Shown here: piece by piece, positions 22,596-31,628 of the stretch
How positions within the stretch are numbered: the stretch's first letter is position 1
Layout of the letters: every line of letters starts with the position of its first letter
Source of the DNA: a candidate division FCPU426 bacterium
GTDB lineage: Bacteria > Oederibacteriota > JAAXVQ01 > JAUVAV01
Direction of reading: 5' to 3'
Length of the DNA: 64,000 nucleotides
Assembly: GCA_040756875.1 (NCBI GenBank)
Contig: JBFLYH010000001.1
Location: 832,001-896,000 of the forward strand
Translations under genes and position numbers: made by a program
The notes under the pieces: generated by a model
The model's database searches: none
What the model saw: only the letters and a program-made list of their open reading frames with translations
Told to the model about the DNA's origin: nothing

Positions 22596-23541
22596 ATGGG
22601 TTCCAACAGGCATAGGTCCGGACTCCTACTGCTTTCAATTCCGGATCATGGGTTCGGCATTGATCGATAGCCCTGGGACAGCGGGGATGAAACGCGCAAC
22701 CTGAAGGCAATTCCGCCGGATTGGGCGGAAACCCGGAGATCGACAACAATGGCTGCTTGCGGCAACCAAGGCGCGGTATTGAATTGAGCAACCCGACAGT
22801 ATAAGGATGACAGGGATATTTCAATAACTCGGCTGTTTTAGCCTTTTCAACAATCCGTCCGGCATACATTATATTAATTTCATCCGATATCTCTGAAACG
22901 ATTCCTATATCGTGTGATATCAATAAAATAGACAGTTTCTTCAAGTTCTGTATCCGTTCCAGCAAATCCAGCATTTGAGCCTGTACTGTAACATCCAAGG
23001 CAGTCGTTGGCTCATCCAGAATCAAACAATCTGGCTCGCAAACCAGCGCCATGGCCAGAAGAACCCGCTGTTTCATACCGCCGGATAATTGATGAGGATA
23101 GTTTTTAAGGCGTTCCTGGGGATCGGAGATATCAAGTTGCCCCAGACTCTCCAAAGCCAAAATATTGGCCTCTTTTATGGGTAAATTCCTATGTATTTGG
23201 ATGGTTTCCAGCAATTGTGCTCCGATAGTCAACACTGGATTTAACGCTTGGGAGGGATCTTGAAAAACGATAGAAATGCCAGCCCCCCGGATTTTTTCAT
23301 ACTCGGTTTCGCTTATATTCACCAGTTCCCGCCCGCCATAACGGATAGAACCTGATACTTTGCCCGGAAACGGCACTAATCCCAAAGCAGCCAGAGCGGT
23401 CATGGTCTTGCCTGAACCCGATTCGCCGACCAATCCGGCTGTACGCCCGTGATAGAGGTGCAGTCCCGCACCCCTGACAACCGGTTGTCCGGAAAAAGAA
23501 ACTTCAACATCCTGCAGGCCGAGGACTGGCGCTTCAGGCAT
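22582..23541 (-). CDS. oppD: Oligopeptide/dipeptide ABC transporter ATP-binding subunit (OppD/DppD type)
   Basis: GESGSGKT, YPHQLSGGMKQR, DEPTTALDVTVQAQ and GCAFHPRC. Confidence 0.9.
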   Translation of the reverse strand: MPEAPVLGLQDVEVSFSGQPVVRGAGLHLYHGRTAGLVGESGSGKTMTALAALGLVPFPGKVSGSIRYGGRELVNISETEYEKIRGAGISIVFQDPSQALNPVLTIGAQLLETIQIHRNLPIKEANILALESLGQLDISDPQERLKNYPHQLSGGMKQRVLLAMALVCEPDCLILDEPTTALDVTVQAQMLDLLERIQNLKKLSILLISHDIGIVSEISDEINIMYAGRIVEKAKTAELLKYPCHPYTVGLLNSIPRLGCRKQPLLSISGFPPNPAELPSGCAFHPRCPRAIDQCRTHDPELKAVGVRTYACWNPYEHD

Positions 23542-24382
23542 GAGGTTCACCTTCGGAAAGCCGGGGATCCAGCAAATCACGTAGCCCGTCTCCCAGGAGA
23601 TTGTAACCCAGCACGGTCAGAAAGATGGCCAGGCCGGGGACAAGGGTAAGCCACCAGGCTTGGGTGATATAATCCTTGCCCGAGGTCAAAATATTCCCCC
23701 AGGAAGGAACCGGGGGTTGGACCCCCAAACCGAGGAAGCTCAGTCCTGATTCGAGCAAAATCGCACCGGCGATGCCGAAGGTGGCGGAAACAAAAACCGG
23801 CGCCAAGGCATTGGGCAAAATATGCAGGAAAATGATCCGGCGATGAGAGGCGCCCAAAGCCGTGGCCGCCGCGACATAATCCCGGTGCCGAAGGGTGAGA
23901 AATTCAGCCCGAACTAGGCGGGACAGCTCTGTCCAACCTGTGAGGCCGATAATGACCATAATATTGACCAGATTCGGCCCTAGAAAAACAATCAGCATCA
24001 GGATCAAAAACAGCGTGGGGATGCAGAGAACAATGTCCACCAGGCGCATGATCACTTGATCCACCCAGCCGCCGAAATAGCCGGCTACCGCGCCCACGCA
24101 AACGCCGATGACCAGGGCGATGCCCACTGCCACCAAGCCCACGGACAATGAAATGCGGCCGCCGTGGAGCATGCGCGAAAGCACGTCGCGCCCGTATTCA
24201 TCCGTGCCCAGCCAGTGGCTGGCGCTGGGAGGTTGCAGTTTCATGTTGAGATCCTGTATTTGCGGATCATAAGGAGACAGCCAGGGCGCAGCCAGGGACA
24301 GCAGGATGAGGGCCATCACCAGGACGGCACCGACGACTGCCAGGCGTTTGCGCAAGAATCTGCCCCAAAAGGACCTTTTCAT
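23534..24382 (-). CDS. oppC: Peptide ABC transporter permease (OppC/DppC type)
   Basis: HWLGTDEYGRD, HILPN, ESGLSFLGLG and NLLGDGLRD. Confidence 0.92.
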   Translation of the reverse strand: MKRSFWGRFLRKRLAVVGAVLVMALILLSLAAPWLSPYDPQIQDLNMKLQPPSASHWLGTDEYGRDVLSRMLHGGRISLSVGLVAVGIALVIGVCVGAVAGYFGGWVDQVIMRLVDIVLCIPTLFLILMLIVFLGPNLVNIMVIIGLTGWTELSRLVRAEFLTLRHRDYVAAATALGASHRRIIFLHILPNALAPVFVSATFGIAGAILLESGLSFLGLGVQPPVPSWGNILTSGKDYITQAWWLTLVPGLAIFLTVLGYNLLGDGLRDLLDPRLSEGEPHA

Positions 24383-24400
24383 TTCCTTCCTGCCACCTTC

Positions 24401-25369
24401 CTACACCCGAATGCGAGGATCCGCGGCCGCATAAAGGACATCAGCCAGGATATTGCCCAGCAGCGTAAGCCCTGCCCCGATGACCGCCACCCCCATGATG
24501 GTGGGATAATCGAAATTCATGGCCGACTCGTACGCCAGACGGCCCATGCCCGGCCAGGAAAAAATGGTTTCGAAAATAAAGCTGCCGCCGATCAACCCCG
24601 GCAGGGCCAACCCAATGATGGTGATGACCGGCAATAAAGCGTTCCTCAAGGCATGCAGATAATAAACCCGCGTCCGCGGCAGGCCTTTGGCGCGGGCCGT
24701 GCGGATGTAATCCTGCCGGATCACTTCCAGCATATTGGCGCGCGTATATCTCGAAATGGAAGCCAATCCACCGAAAGCGGAAATAAAAACCGGCAGGATC
24801 AAATGCGCGGCATAGTCGGCGAACTTGCCCCAGGGCGTCAATAAATCATGGTTGACGGAACGTATCCCCGAAACCGGCAGCCATCCCAGCACCACGCCAA
24901 ACAACAGCATGCACAATAAGGCCAGCCAAAAGGTGGGCAAAGAGTAACCCACAAACGTGGCAACAGTGATCAAACGGTCGGCACGCTGATTGTGATGCAT
25001 GGCCGCATAGACGCCCAGGGGAATGGCCAAGCCGAATATAAGCAGCAGCGACAAACCCGAAAGCAGGAGAGTGGCGGGCAGGCGTTCGGTGATCTTTTCC
25101 ATTACCGGGCGCTGGTCCAGAAAGGACCTGCCAAAATCAAGCCGCAGCAGCCGTCCAAACCACTTGGCGTATTGGATGGGCACGGGCTGGTCCAAACCGT
25201 AGAGGGCCTGCAGGCGGGCAACGGAATCCGGCGAGACATTGGGGTTCATGTCCATATGGACCGAAGTGAACCCGCCGGGAGTCAGATGGATAATGCCGAA
25301 GGTGATGATGGTAATCCCCACCAAGATGGGAAGCGAAAGCAGCAGTCTGCGAATGAGGAATCGGAGCAT
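24401..25369 (-). CDS. oppB: Peptide ABC transporter permease (OppB/DppB type)
   Basis: GLDQP, DFGRSF, DYIRTARAKGL, ETIFSWPGMG and DPRI. Confidence 0.92.
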   Translation of the reverse strand: MLRFLIRRLLLSLPILVGITIITFGIIHLTPGGFTSVHMDMNPNVSPDSVARLQALYGLDQPVPIQYAKWFGRLLRLDFGRSFLDQRPVMEKITERLPATLLLSGLSLLLIFGLAIPLGVYAAMHHNQRADRLITVATFVGYSLPTFWLALLCMLLFGVVLGWLPVSGIRSVNHDLLTPWGKFADYAAHLILPVFISAFGGLASISRYTRANMLEVIRQDYIRTARAKGLPRTRVYYLHALRNALLPVITIIGLALPGLIGGSFIFETIFSWPGMGRLAYESAMNFDYPTIMGVAVIGAGLTLLGNILADVLYAAADPRIRV

Positions 25370-25421
25370 ATCAGGCAGTATAAACGATTTGTTCCTTTAT
25401 GGAAAATTTGTTTTAGAGATT

Positions 25422-27545
25422 TCAACGCCGAATTTTAGTGATGACGATTTTTTTCACCGTCGTAATGGTTTCACTTTTGGCGGTTTTGATTTTCATCCGG
25501 TAAAGGTAAACCCCCGGGGCTACGTTTCGAATATTCCAGCGGGTGCGTTCATAGCCCGTTCCGGCCTTCATTTCCCGCAACGCGATCGCCCGTTCGCCGA
25601 TGGTGTTGAATATCTCGATTTCCACTTCCCCGGGTTCTGCCAGAGGATAATAGAAATAAACCGTCTCGCCGGTGGCCGGCTGCGGGTAAGCCACGATTTC
25701 GGTCGCGATGAAGGCCACGGCGGTCCGGGTCGAGGTCACGGTCAGGGTGGGACTCGGGGTCGAGGTAATGGTGATTGTGGGTGATTTTGTGCGTGTCACG
25801 GTAATGGTCGGCGTGGGGCTGATGGTAAGCGTGGGCGTGACCGTGTACGTCGGGGTCATGGTGCGGGTTTCGGTAAAGGTTGCGCTGTGGGTCAGGGTCG
25901 GGGTCACGGTCCGTGTAGCGCTCATGGTCGAGGTGGAGGTCGGCGTGCCCGTGGAAGTACGCGTGAACGTTTCAGTGAATGTGGCGCTGGGCGTACGGGT
26001 GAATGTGGGCGTACGGGTGGATGTGACCGTCGGGGTGGCGGTCCGCGTGGGCGTGGCCGTCGGTGAAAATACAGGCGTGTCCGTGAAAGTCGGCGAAAGC
26101 GTCGGGGTGGGCGTGAGTGTCGGCGTGCCGGTCCGCGTGGGGGTGAAGGTGCGCGAAAAGACCGGCGACATGGTCGGGGTCGCGGAGCAAGTCGGCGTGA
26201 AAGTGGATGTCGCCCCGCCTATCACTTCGTCCGCGCCGATGTCCCAGGTCCCGGCCCGCGCTTCCTTGTCAATATCGTCCGAAAAAGGCAGATAGGTATC
26301 GGCCGCCAGATTGGTTCCGGAATCCCTGGCCGCGGTATCCGCAGCTGAAAGATGGTAATTATCAGCCGTGGCGTTGAGAAACGCGACGGAGACATTGTTT
26401 TTTGAATTGCTCCCCGGCGCATCGCCGACCAGGTCGGACAGGTTGTAATCCGAATCACCGGTAAATGTCCCGTAGTATCCTTGCGTGGCATTCTGCACGA
26501 TATTGTTTTTAACGGTCAATTCGCCGGCGATCTGCGCAATGGCGTAACTGCAATGGTCCAAGGTATTGTTGTACATATACAAATGCGCGTAGGCATTGTT
26601 GATGTATACGCCGGCCAGGTCTGTATCCCAGTCGAAATCATAAAACACGTTATTCCATATTTTCACCTCGCCGTCTCCCGCGCCATCAGGGTCAATGCCG
26701 ATGGCTGCGTTCCCGGTGATGGTGCCACTGGCCATACCCCGGAAAATACAATGGGATATTCGAATATCCATCGTGCCTGATGAGGGAATCCAGACCAGGG
26801 TCCAATCATCATGCACCGGGTCCGCGAATTGAAATTGTATGCCCTCGATCCGCACATAGGATTGCCAGATATCCACAGCATTGTCATTGGGGACTTCCAT
26901 GGTGTACGCGGTGCTGGTCCATGTCCCGTTATGTCGTTGTGAGGTTCCGACTTCGGTGGAAAGATACGGAGTAAAGACTCTGATATAATTGGAAGCTCCG
27001 GTGCTCCAGTCGTCGAAACTCGTAAATTGCGTGTCTGTGGCGTCCCCGTAGCAAACGATATTCCAGATTTCGTTGTTGGTCACCAGGTCGCGTCCGTCCA
27101 CCCAGGTGTCGAAATTCCGGAGCGCCACCGGAAGGCTGGCGTTTTCCGTGGCTCCTTCCGCGTCAACCAGGGCGGTATAGGCGCGGTAGATGATCCAGGA
27201 CGTGTCGTTTGCCGTGCTGTTAACCGGCATGCTGCCTGAGGCTGTTCTGAGGGTGTACGTGGTGGAACTGCTCCGGCCGTGAATAAACGCCCTGGCATCC
27301 GGATCCATGTCGCCGTTGCTGTCGTAAATGACCACATCTCCCAAACCAACACGGTCAGGCAGGGGGGTACTAAAATAGGCCGTGCCATTTGTCAAACTGA
27401 GATAATTGGGAGTGCCGCCAGAATAAGCCAGCGCCGAGGTGTTATCCGGGCCCACGGAACGGTAAATCATCGTGGCCGCATGCGCTGATCCAGTTCCCAG
27501 GCACAGGGTAAAAACAACGACGATCAATCTTTTACTTATGGGCAT
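25422..27545 (-). CDS. Exported protein: beta-helix-like passenger, Thr/Pro-rich linker, T9SS-type-A-like C-terminal sorting domain
   Basis: Signal peptide (..GSAHA), repeated I.NN motifs, DIDKEAR..WDIGADE, long TxT linker, C-terminal AYPQP..IFN..GE..W...APGVYLY..KKIVI. Start is uncertain (27545-27578). Confidence 0.8.
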   Translation of the reverse strand: MPISKRLIVVVFTLCLGTGSAHAATMIYRSVGPDNTSALAYSGGTPNYLSLTNGTAYFSTPLPDRVGLGDVVIYDSNGDMDPDARAFIHGRSSSTTYTLRTASGSMPVNSTANDTSWIIYRAYTALVDAEGATENASLPVALRNFDTWVDGRDLVTNNEIWNIVCYGDATDTQFTSFDDWSTGASNYIRVFTPYLSTEVGTSQRHNGTWTSTAYTMEVPNDNAVDIWQSYVRIEGIQFQFADPVHDDWTLVWIPSSGTMDIRISHCIFRGMASGTITGNAAIGIDPDGAGDGEVKIWNNVFYDFDWDTDLAGVYINNAYAHLYMYNNTLDHCSYAIAQIAGELTVKNNIVQNATQGYYGTFTGDSDYNLSDLVGDAPGSNSKNNVSVAFLNATADNYHLSAADTAARDSGTNLAADTYLPFSDDIDKEARAGTWDIGADEVIGGATSTFTPTCSATPTMSPVFSRTFTPTRTGTPTLTPTPTLSPTFTDTPVFSPTATPTRTATPTVTSTRTPTFTRTPSATFTETFTRTSTGTPTSTSTMSATRTVTPTLTHSATFTETRTMTPTYTVTPTLTISPTPTITVTRTKSPTITITSTPSPTLTVTSTRTAVAFIATEIVAYPQPATGETVYFYYPLAEPGEVEIEIFNTIGERAIALREMKAGTGYERTRWNIRNVAPGVYLYRMKIKTAKSETITTVKKIVITKIRR
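25722..26210 (-). repeat. Low-complexity Thr-Xaa/TPT coding repeat inside the exported protein
   Basis: About 160 codons of alternating Thr ([13 protein letters not shown]...). Confidence 0.9.
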
Positions 27546-27665
27546 TGGAAGCACCATTACAGAGGTTGCACCCAGCATCCCTTACAGGGCAAAGTATATC
27601 AGCCTAAATAGACCGCGTCCAAAATAAAAACGTTATTATTCCTCGCGATTTTATGCGGAATTGCG

Positions 27666-28430
27666 TTAGCGAAGGGCATTTTCCAGGGTTCCGATGGTGC
27701 TGCATTCCACGCGCACCTTATCGCCCCGTTGCATGGGACCAACGCCCGGCGGCGTGCCAGTTAAGATGATGTCATGCGGAAAAAGAGTCATGATGTGCGA
27801 AACAAAAGAGACAATCTCACCAATTCCGAAAATAAAATCCGCGGTATTTCCCTTTTGTTTGAGCTGTCCATTGAGATAGGTGATGATTTCCAAGTCCTCG
27901 GGAACCGGGCCCAAAACCAAGCAGGGGCCGATCGGGCAAAACCCGTCAAAACCTTTGGCCCGGGTCCATTGGCCGTCCTGCTTTTGCAGATCCCGGGCCG
28001 TAATATCGTTGGCAAGGGTATAGCCCAAAATGTGTTCCGGGACTTGCTCCTCGGGTATTCCCCTGGCTTCGCGTCCGATGACCACCGCCAGCTCGCCTTC
28101 ATAATCAACTTGGCTGCTCATGGCTGGATAGTGAATGGGCTCGCCCGGACCGGCCAGAGCGGTGGGAGGCTTGAGAAAAACCAGAGGGGTTTTGGGCACG
28201 GGCATTTGCAATTCGCGCGCATGGGAATGATAATTCAAGCCGATGCAGATGATTTTGGAGGGAACGACCGGGGGCAGCAAGCGGAACGGTTTGTCCAGCC
28301 GCCTTCCGCTCGGACGAAACCCGCCTTCTGGCGCAGGTTCCGCGATTTGGAGCCCTTGGGCATCTTCGATGGCCAGCATTGCATGCCCATTCTGCAGGAC
28401 GCGATAGAGGCGGATGGGATACTCCCCCAT
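27666..28430 (-). CDS. Fumarylacetoacetate hydrolase family protein
   Basis: KIICIGLNY, FLKP, DYEGEL, NDITARDLQ, AKGFDGFCP and TGTPPGVG. Confidence 0.93.
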   Translation of the reverse strand: MGEYPIRLYRVLQNGHAMLAIEDAQGLQIAEPAPEGGFRPSGRRLDKPFRLLPPVVPSKIICIGLNYHSHARELQMPVPKTPLVFLKPPTALAGPGEPIHYPAMSSQVDYEGELAVVIGREARGIPEEQVPEHILGYTLANDITARDLQKQDGQWTRAKGFDGFCPIGPCLVLGPVPEDLEIITYLNGQLKQKGNTADFIFGIGEIVSFVSHIMTLFPHDIILTGTPPGVGPMQRGDKVRVECSTIGTLENALR

Positions 28431-28554
28431 TCCCCTTCGCCGATTCTCCGCAGCTTAGTGCGGAGATATGGCGGCGCTTTGGGCGCGACCCCAAGGTCCC
28501 TGGGGTTTAGGGAGGAATGACATTCGAATTCCGCGCAAGTGGTTGCGCGGAACC

Positions 28555-30192
28555 TTACTTATATTTTTGAAATCCCTCGGGCACGAACCAGCGTATGAAA
28601 TTGTAGCCGATGCCAGCCAGCGCGGGTTCGATGCCCTGAATGCGCCGGTGCACAGCCGGAAGGCTGTCAGGCACGTACAGAAAGACGTAGGGCAGATCAG
28701 CGGCGATCAGTTCGTGCACGCGGTGATAAATCTGCGTGCGCCGGTCGCGGCTGAAAGTGGTGCGGCCGCGCTCCAGGAGCCGGTCCACTTCCGGGTTTTT
28801 ATAGGAAACGAAATTGAACTCATGTTCCCCGGTTTGGGAGGAGTGCCAAATGGAATACAAATCAGGATCGCGCGCCAGGGCCCAGCCCATTAAAACCACG
28901 TCGAATTTGCGCTTGTCAATGAATTCCGACAAGAAAGTGCTCCAGGCAATGATGCGGATGTTGACTTTAATGCCGATGGCTTTCAGCTGGGCCTGGATGA
29001 TGGTGGCGCTCTGTTCGCGGGTGCGGTTGCCTTGGTTGGTCAGCAAGGTGAATTCCACGGGCTTCCCGTTTCGGGTCAGGGTGCCGTCTTTGGCATAACG
29101 GTATCCGGCCGCCACCAACAACTCCCGGGCTTTGAGCGGGTCATAAGGCACGGGTTTGACATCCGGATTATAGGCCCAGGAACTGGGCGTGAACGGCCCT
29201 GTGGCCGCGACGCCCAACCCTTCGAGCACGCCTTTGACCAACGCGTCCTTGTCGATGGCATGGGCGATGGCCTGGCGGAACCGCAGATCGCGGAACATAT
29301 CTTTCTGCAAATTGAACCCTAAATAAGTGTATTGATTTGAGGCATACCGGTACTTATTAAAACGACGGGCAAATTCCGGCTTGCTGCCCTCCCCGGTATA
29401 TTGGTTGGGCGTGAGGTTCATGATGTCGAGGCCGCCGTTTTCCAGTTCCAGCATTTGCACGGCCATGTCGGGGATGACCCTGAAGATCACGCGGTTGAGA
29501 TAGGGGCGGCCCTCGAAATATTCCGGATTGGCCTGCAGCACTACCGTCTCCTCGCGCTTCCAGGAGACGAATTTATACGGCCCGCTTCCAACCGGCCGGA
29601 AATTGAAATCATCGGCTTTATTGATGTCCCGCCCTTCCAGCAGATGCCGCGGCAGAACCGGCATGCCCCCCAGTTTTTCAAGGCTGGGAGCGAACGGCGT
29701 ACGGTACCAGGCGCGAAAAGTATAATCGTCCACAGCCTGCGCCCGTTCGATATACTCGTAATTGCTGCGGTAGGCGGTCATGACTTTCGGGTCCATGAAA
29801 CGCCCCAAGGTAAAGACGACATCCTGGGCGGTGAGCGCGTGCCCATCATGCCACTTGACGCCGCGTTTCAGTTTAAACGTAACGACTTTGCCGTCCGGCG
29901 ATATTTCCCAGCTCTCGGCCAATTCGCCTTCCAGATTGAGGTCCTTGTCATAGCGCAACAAGGAATTGAAGATCAGGCCGGTCACGTCGCTGGAGGCGGA
30001 ATCCGAGGCTAAAACCGGATTGAGAATGGCGGGGTCCGCGATGGTCCCCTGCACCAGAACATCGCCATAGGCCGGAGGGTAGGTGCGCCCGGCTTCAGGC
30101 AGCCTTTCCAACCCGGCCTTGCGGCTGCATCCGGCCAAAATCAGGACCACGCTCACAGCCACTAATGTCGTGCGGCGCAACAATGGCAACAT
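28555..30192 (-). CDS. oppA: Peptide ABC transporter substrate-binding lipoprotein (family 5)
   Basis: Lipobox LAGC, LAESWE, VKWHDG, PVGSGPYKF and RQAIAHAID. Confidence 0.9.
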   Translation of the reverse strand: MLPLLRRTTLVAVSVVLILAGCSRKAGLERLPEAGRTYPPAYGDVLVQGTIADPAILNPVLASDSASSDVTGLIFNSLLRYDKDLNLEGELAESWEISPDGKVVTFKLKRGVKWHDGHALTAQDVVFTLGRFMDPKVMTAYRSNYEYIERAQAVDDYTFRAWYRTPFAPSLEKLGGMPVLPRHLLEGRDINKADDFNFRPVGSGPYKFVSWKREETVVLQANPEYFEGRPYLNRVIFRVIPDMAVQMLELENGGLDIMNLTPNQYTGEGSKPEFARRFNKYRYASNQYTYLGFNLQKDMFRDLRFRQAIAHAIDKDALVKGVLEGLGVAATGPFTPSSWAYNPDVKPVPYDPLKARELLVAAGYRYAKDGTLTRNGKPVEFTLLTNQGNRTREQSATIIQAQLKAIGIKVNIRIIAWSTFLSEFIDKRKFDVVLMGWALARDPDLYSIWHSSQTGEHEFNFVSYKNPEVDRLLERGRTTFSRDRRTQIYHRVHELIAADLPYVFLYVPDSLPAVHRRIQGIEPALAGIGYNFIRWFVPEGFQKYK

Positions 30193-30202
30193 GCGAATCC
30201 TC

Positions 30203-30697
30203 CTAGGGGGTGCGGTTGAATTTCGCCAGCAGCATTGGAATGATTTCGGGCGGAACCAGATCGGAAACATCGCCGCCCAGGGCCGCCACTTCCTTGACCA
30301 ACGACGAGCTGACGTAAGTATAGCGCTCGTCGGGCATCATATAGATGATCTCGTACGCCGAATAAAGCTTCCGGTTCATTTGGGCCTGCTGAAATTCATA
30401 GTCGAAATCCGAAATGGCCCGCAGACCGCGCAGGGCGATGGTTGCCTTGCGGGAGCGCATGTAATCCACCAGCAGGCCTTCAAAGGTTTCCACTTCGATT
30501 TTCCCGGCCTGCGGCAGTCCACGGACCGCCAGACGGGCCATTTCCACCCGTTCTTCCAGGGTGAACAAGGGCCGTTTGTGGGTGCTGCCCGCCACCGCCA
30601 CCACGATGTGCGGAAAATTCTCGCTGGAACGCCGAATAAGGTCCAAATGGCCGGTGGTCAGAGGGTCGAACGTTCCGGGATAAATCACTGTTTTCAT
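30203..30697 (-). CDS. coaD: Phosphopantetheine adenylyltransferase
   Basis: YPGTFDP.T.GH, RGLRAISDFDYE and SSSLVKE. Confidence 0.96.
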   Translation of the reverse strand: MKTVIYPGTFDPLTTGHLDLIRRSSENFPHIVVAVAGSTHKRPLFTLEERVEMARLAVRGLPQAGKIEVETFEGLLVDYMRSRKATIALRGLRAISDFDYEFQQAQMNRKLYSAYEIIYMMPDERYTYVSSSLVKEVAALGGDVSDLVPPEIIPMLLAKFNRTP

Positions 30698-30773
30698 AGG
30701 CGGTCCTTCCGGGCTGAAACTCGGGAAGAATTATAAAGAAAAACACCAGGGGAAACAACACCTATTCTTGGCG

Positions 30774-31610
30774 TTAGCGCCGGGGCGATGACAGAAAGGC
30801 TTTTTCCTCCGGCGTCAACGCGGATTCAGGCTGCATTTGGGGCCAGCGCCCGTCTTCGCGCCTGGCCAAGGTGATGACATCCACTCCGCTGGCCCCCGCC
30901 CGTTTCAACGCACGGCTGCACTCCTGGACCGTGGCGCCGGTGGTATAAACGTCATCCACCAGCAGCCAGCGGCCCGAACGCGCGCAGTCCAGGGCGGCCA
31001 AACTGCCGCGAAGGTTGCACAAACGTTCCGTGCGCGACAACTCGTGCTGTGGGCGTATGGTTTTGCAGAATCGGAGGCAGGGCGTGAACCGCATGGCCAG
31101 CAAACCGGCCAGCTTTTTAGCCAAAACCCCGGCCGCATGAATGCCTTGACCCGGCCGGCCAGGTACCGGGACCACGCCAGCCCATATGCTTTGCGAATAC
31201 TCTTTTGATACCACCCGGCGGCAAAGGCCGGCTAAGTGCCGAAGCAAATCGCCGCCCGGCGTGCGTTTAAAAGCCAAGACCGCTGAGCGCCAGGTCCCGG
31301 CATAAGGCGCCACGGACCTGGCCCGGTCGAACCTCGGCCTGAGGGGCCTGCAGGCCCGGCATTTCCGGATGGGATGGAGTTTCAACAGAGGGTGCGGCGG
31401 AAGCCAGCGGCCGCACGTTTGACAAACCGGCCAGGAGGGATAAGGAGGCTGGCAAGCCTGGCACAAACCCGCCCAAGCCTGCCTGCCACCCGGCCGCCCA
31501 CAAACCGGGCAGGCCGGCGGCGCCAGCAGGCTGAGTAACTGCCGGGAGGCGCGATGGAATCGGCTGAATACCCGCATGGGAGTTTGGACCGGGGAAACAG
31601 CCGAAACCAT
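30774..31610 (-). CDS. comF: ComF family protein (double zinc ribbon + PRTase-like domain)
   Basis: Four CxxC motifs, VPVP and LLVDDVYTTGAT. Confidence 0.85.
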   Translation of the reverse strand: MVSAVSPVQTPMRVFSRFHRASRQLLSLLAPPACPVCGRPGGRQAWAGLCQACQPPYPSWPVCQTCGRWLPPHPLLKLHPIRKCRACRPLRPRFDRARSVAPYAGTWRSAVLAFKRTPGGDLLRHLAGLCRRVVSKEYSQSIWAGVVPVPGRPGQGIHAAGVLAKKLAGLLAMRFTPCLRFCKTIRPQHELSRTERLCNLRGSLAALDCARSGRWLLVDDVYTTGATVQECSRALKRAGASGVDVITLARREDGRWPQMQPESALTPEEKAFLSSPRR

Positions 31611-31628
31611 GCGTTGAAAAACAGCAAA

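Noticed and set aside
25708-26295. Val/Gly-rich 195-aa plus-strand ORF; also considered as a CRISPR or tandem array
   Set aside because: It is the antisense shadow of the Thr/Pro linker; there are no identical repeats with unique spacers.
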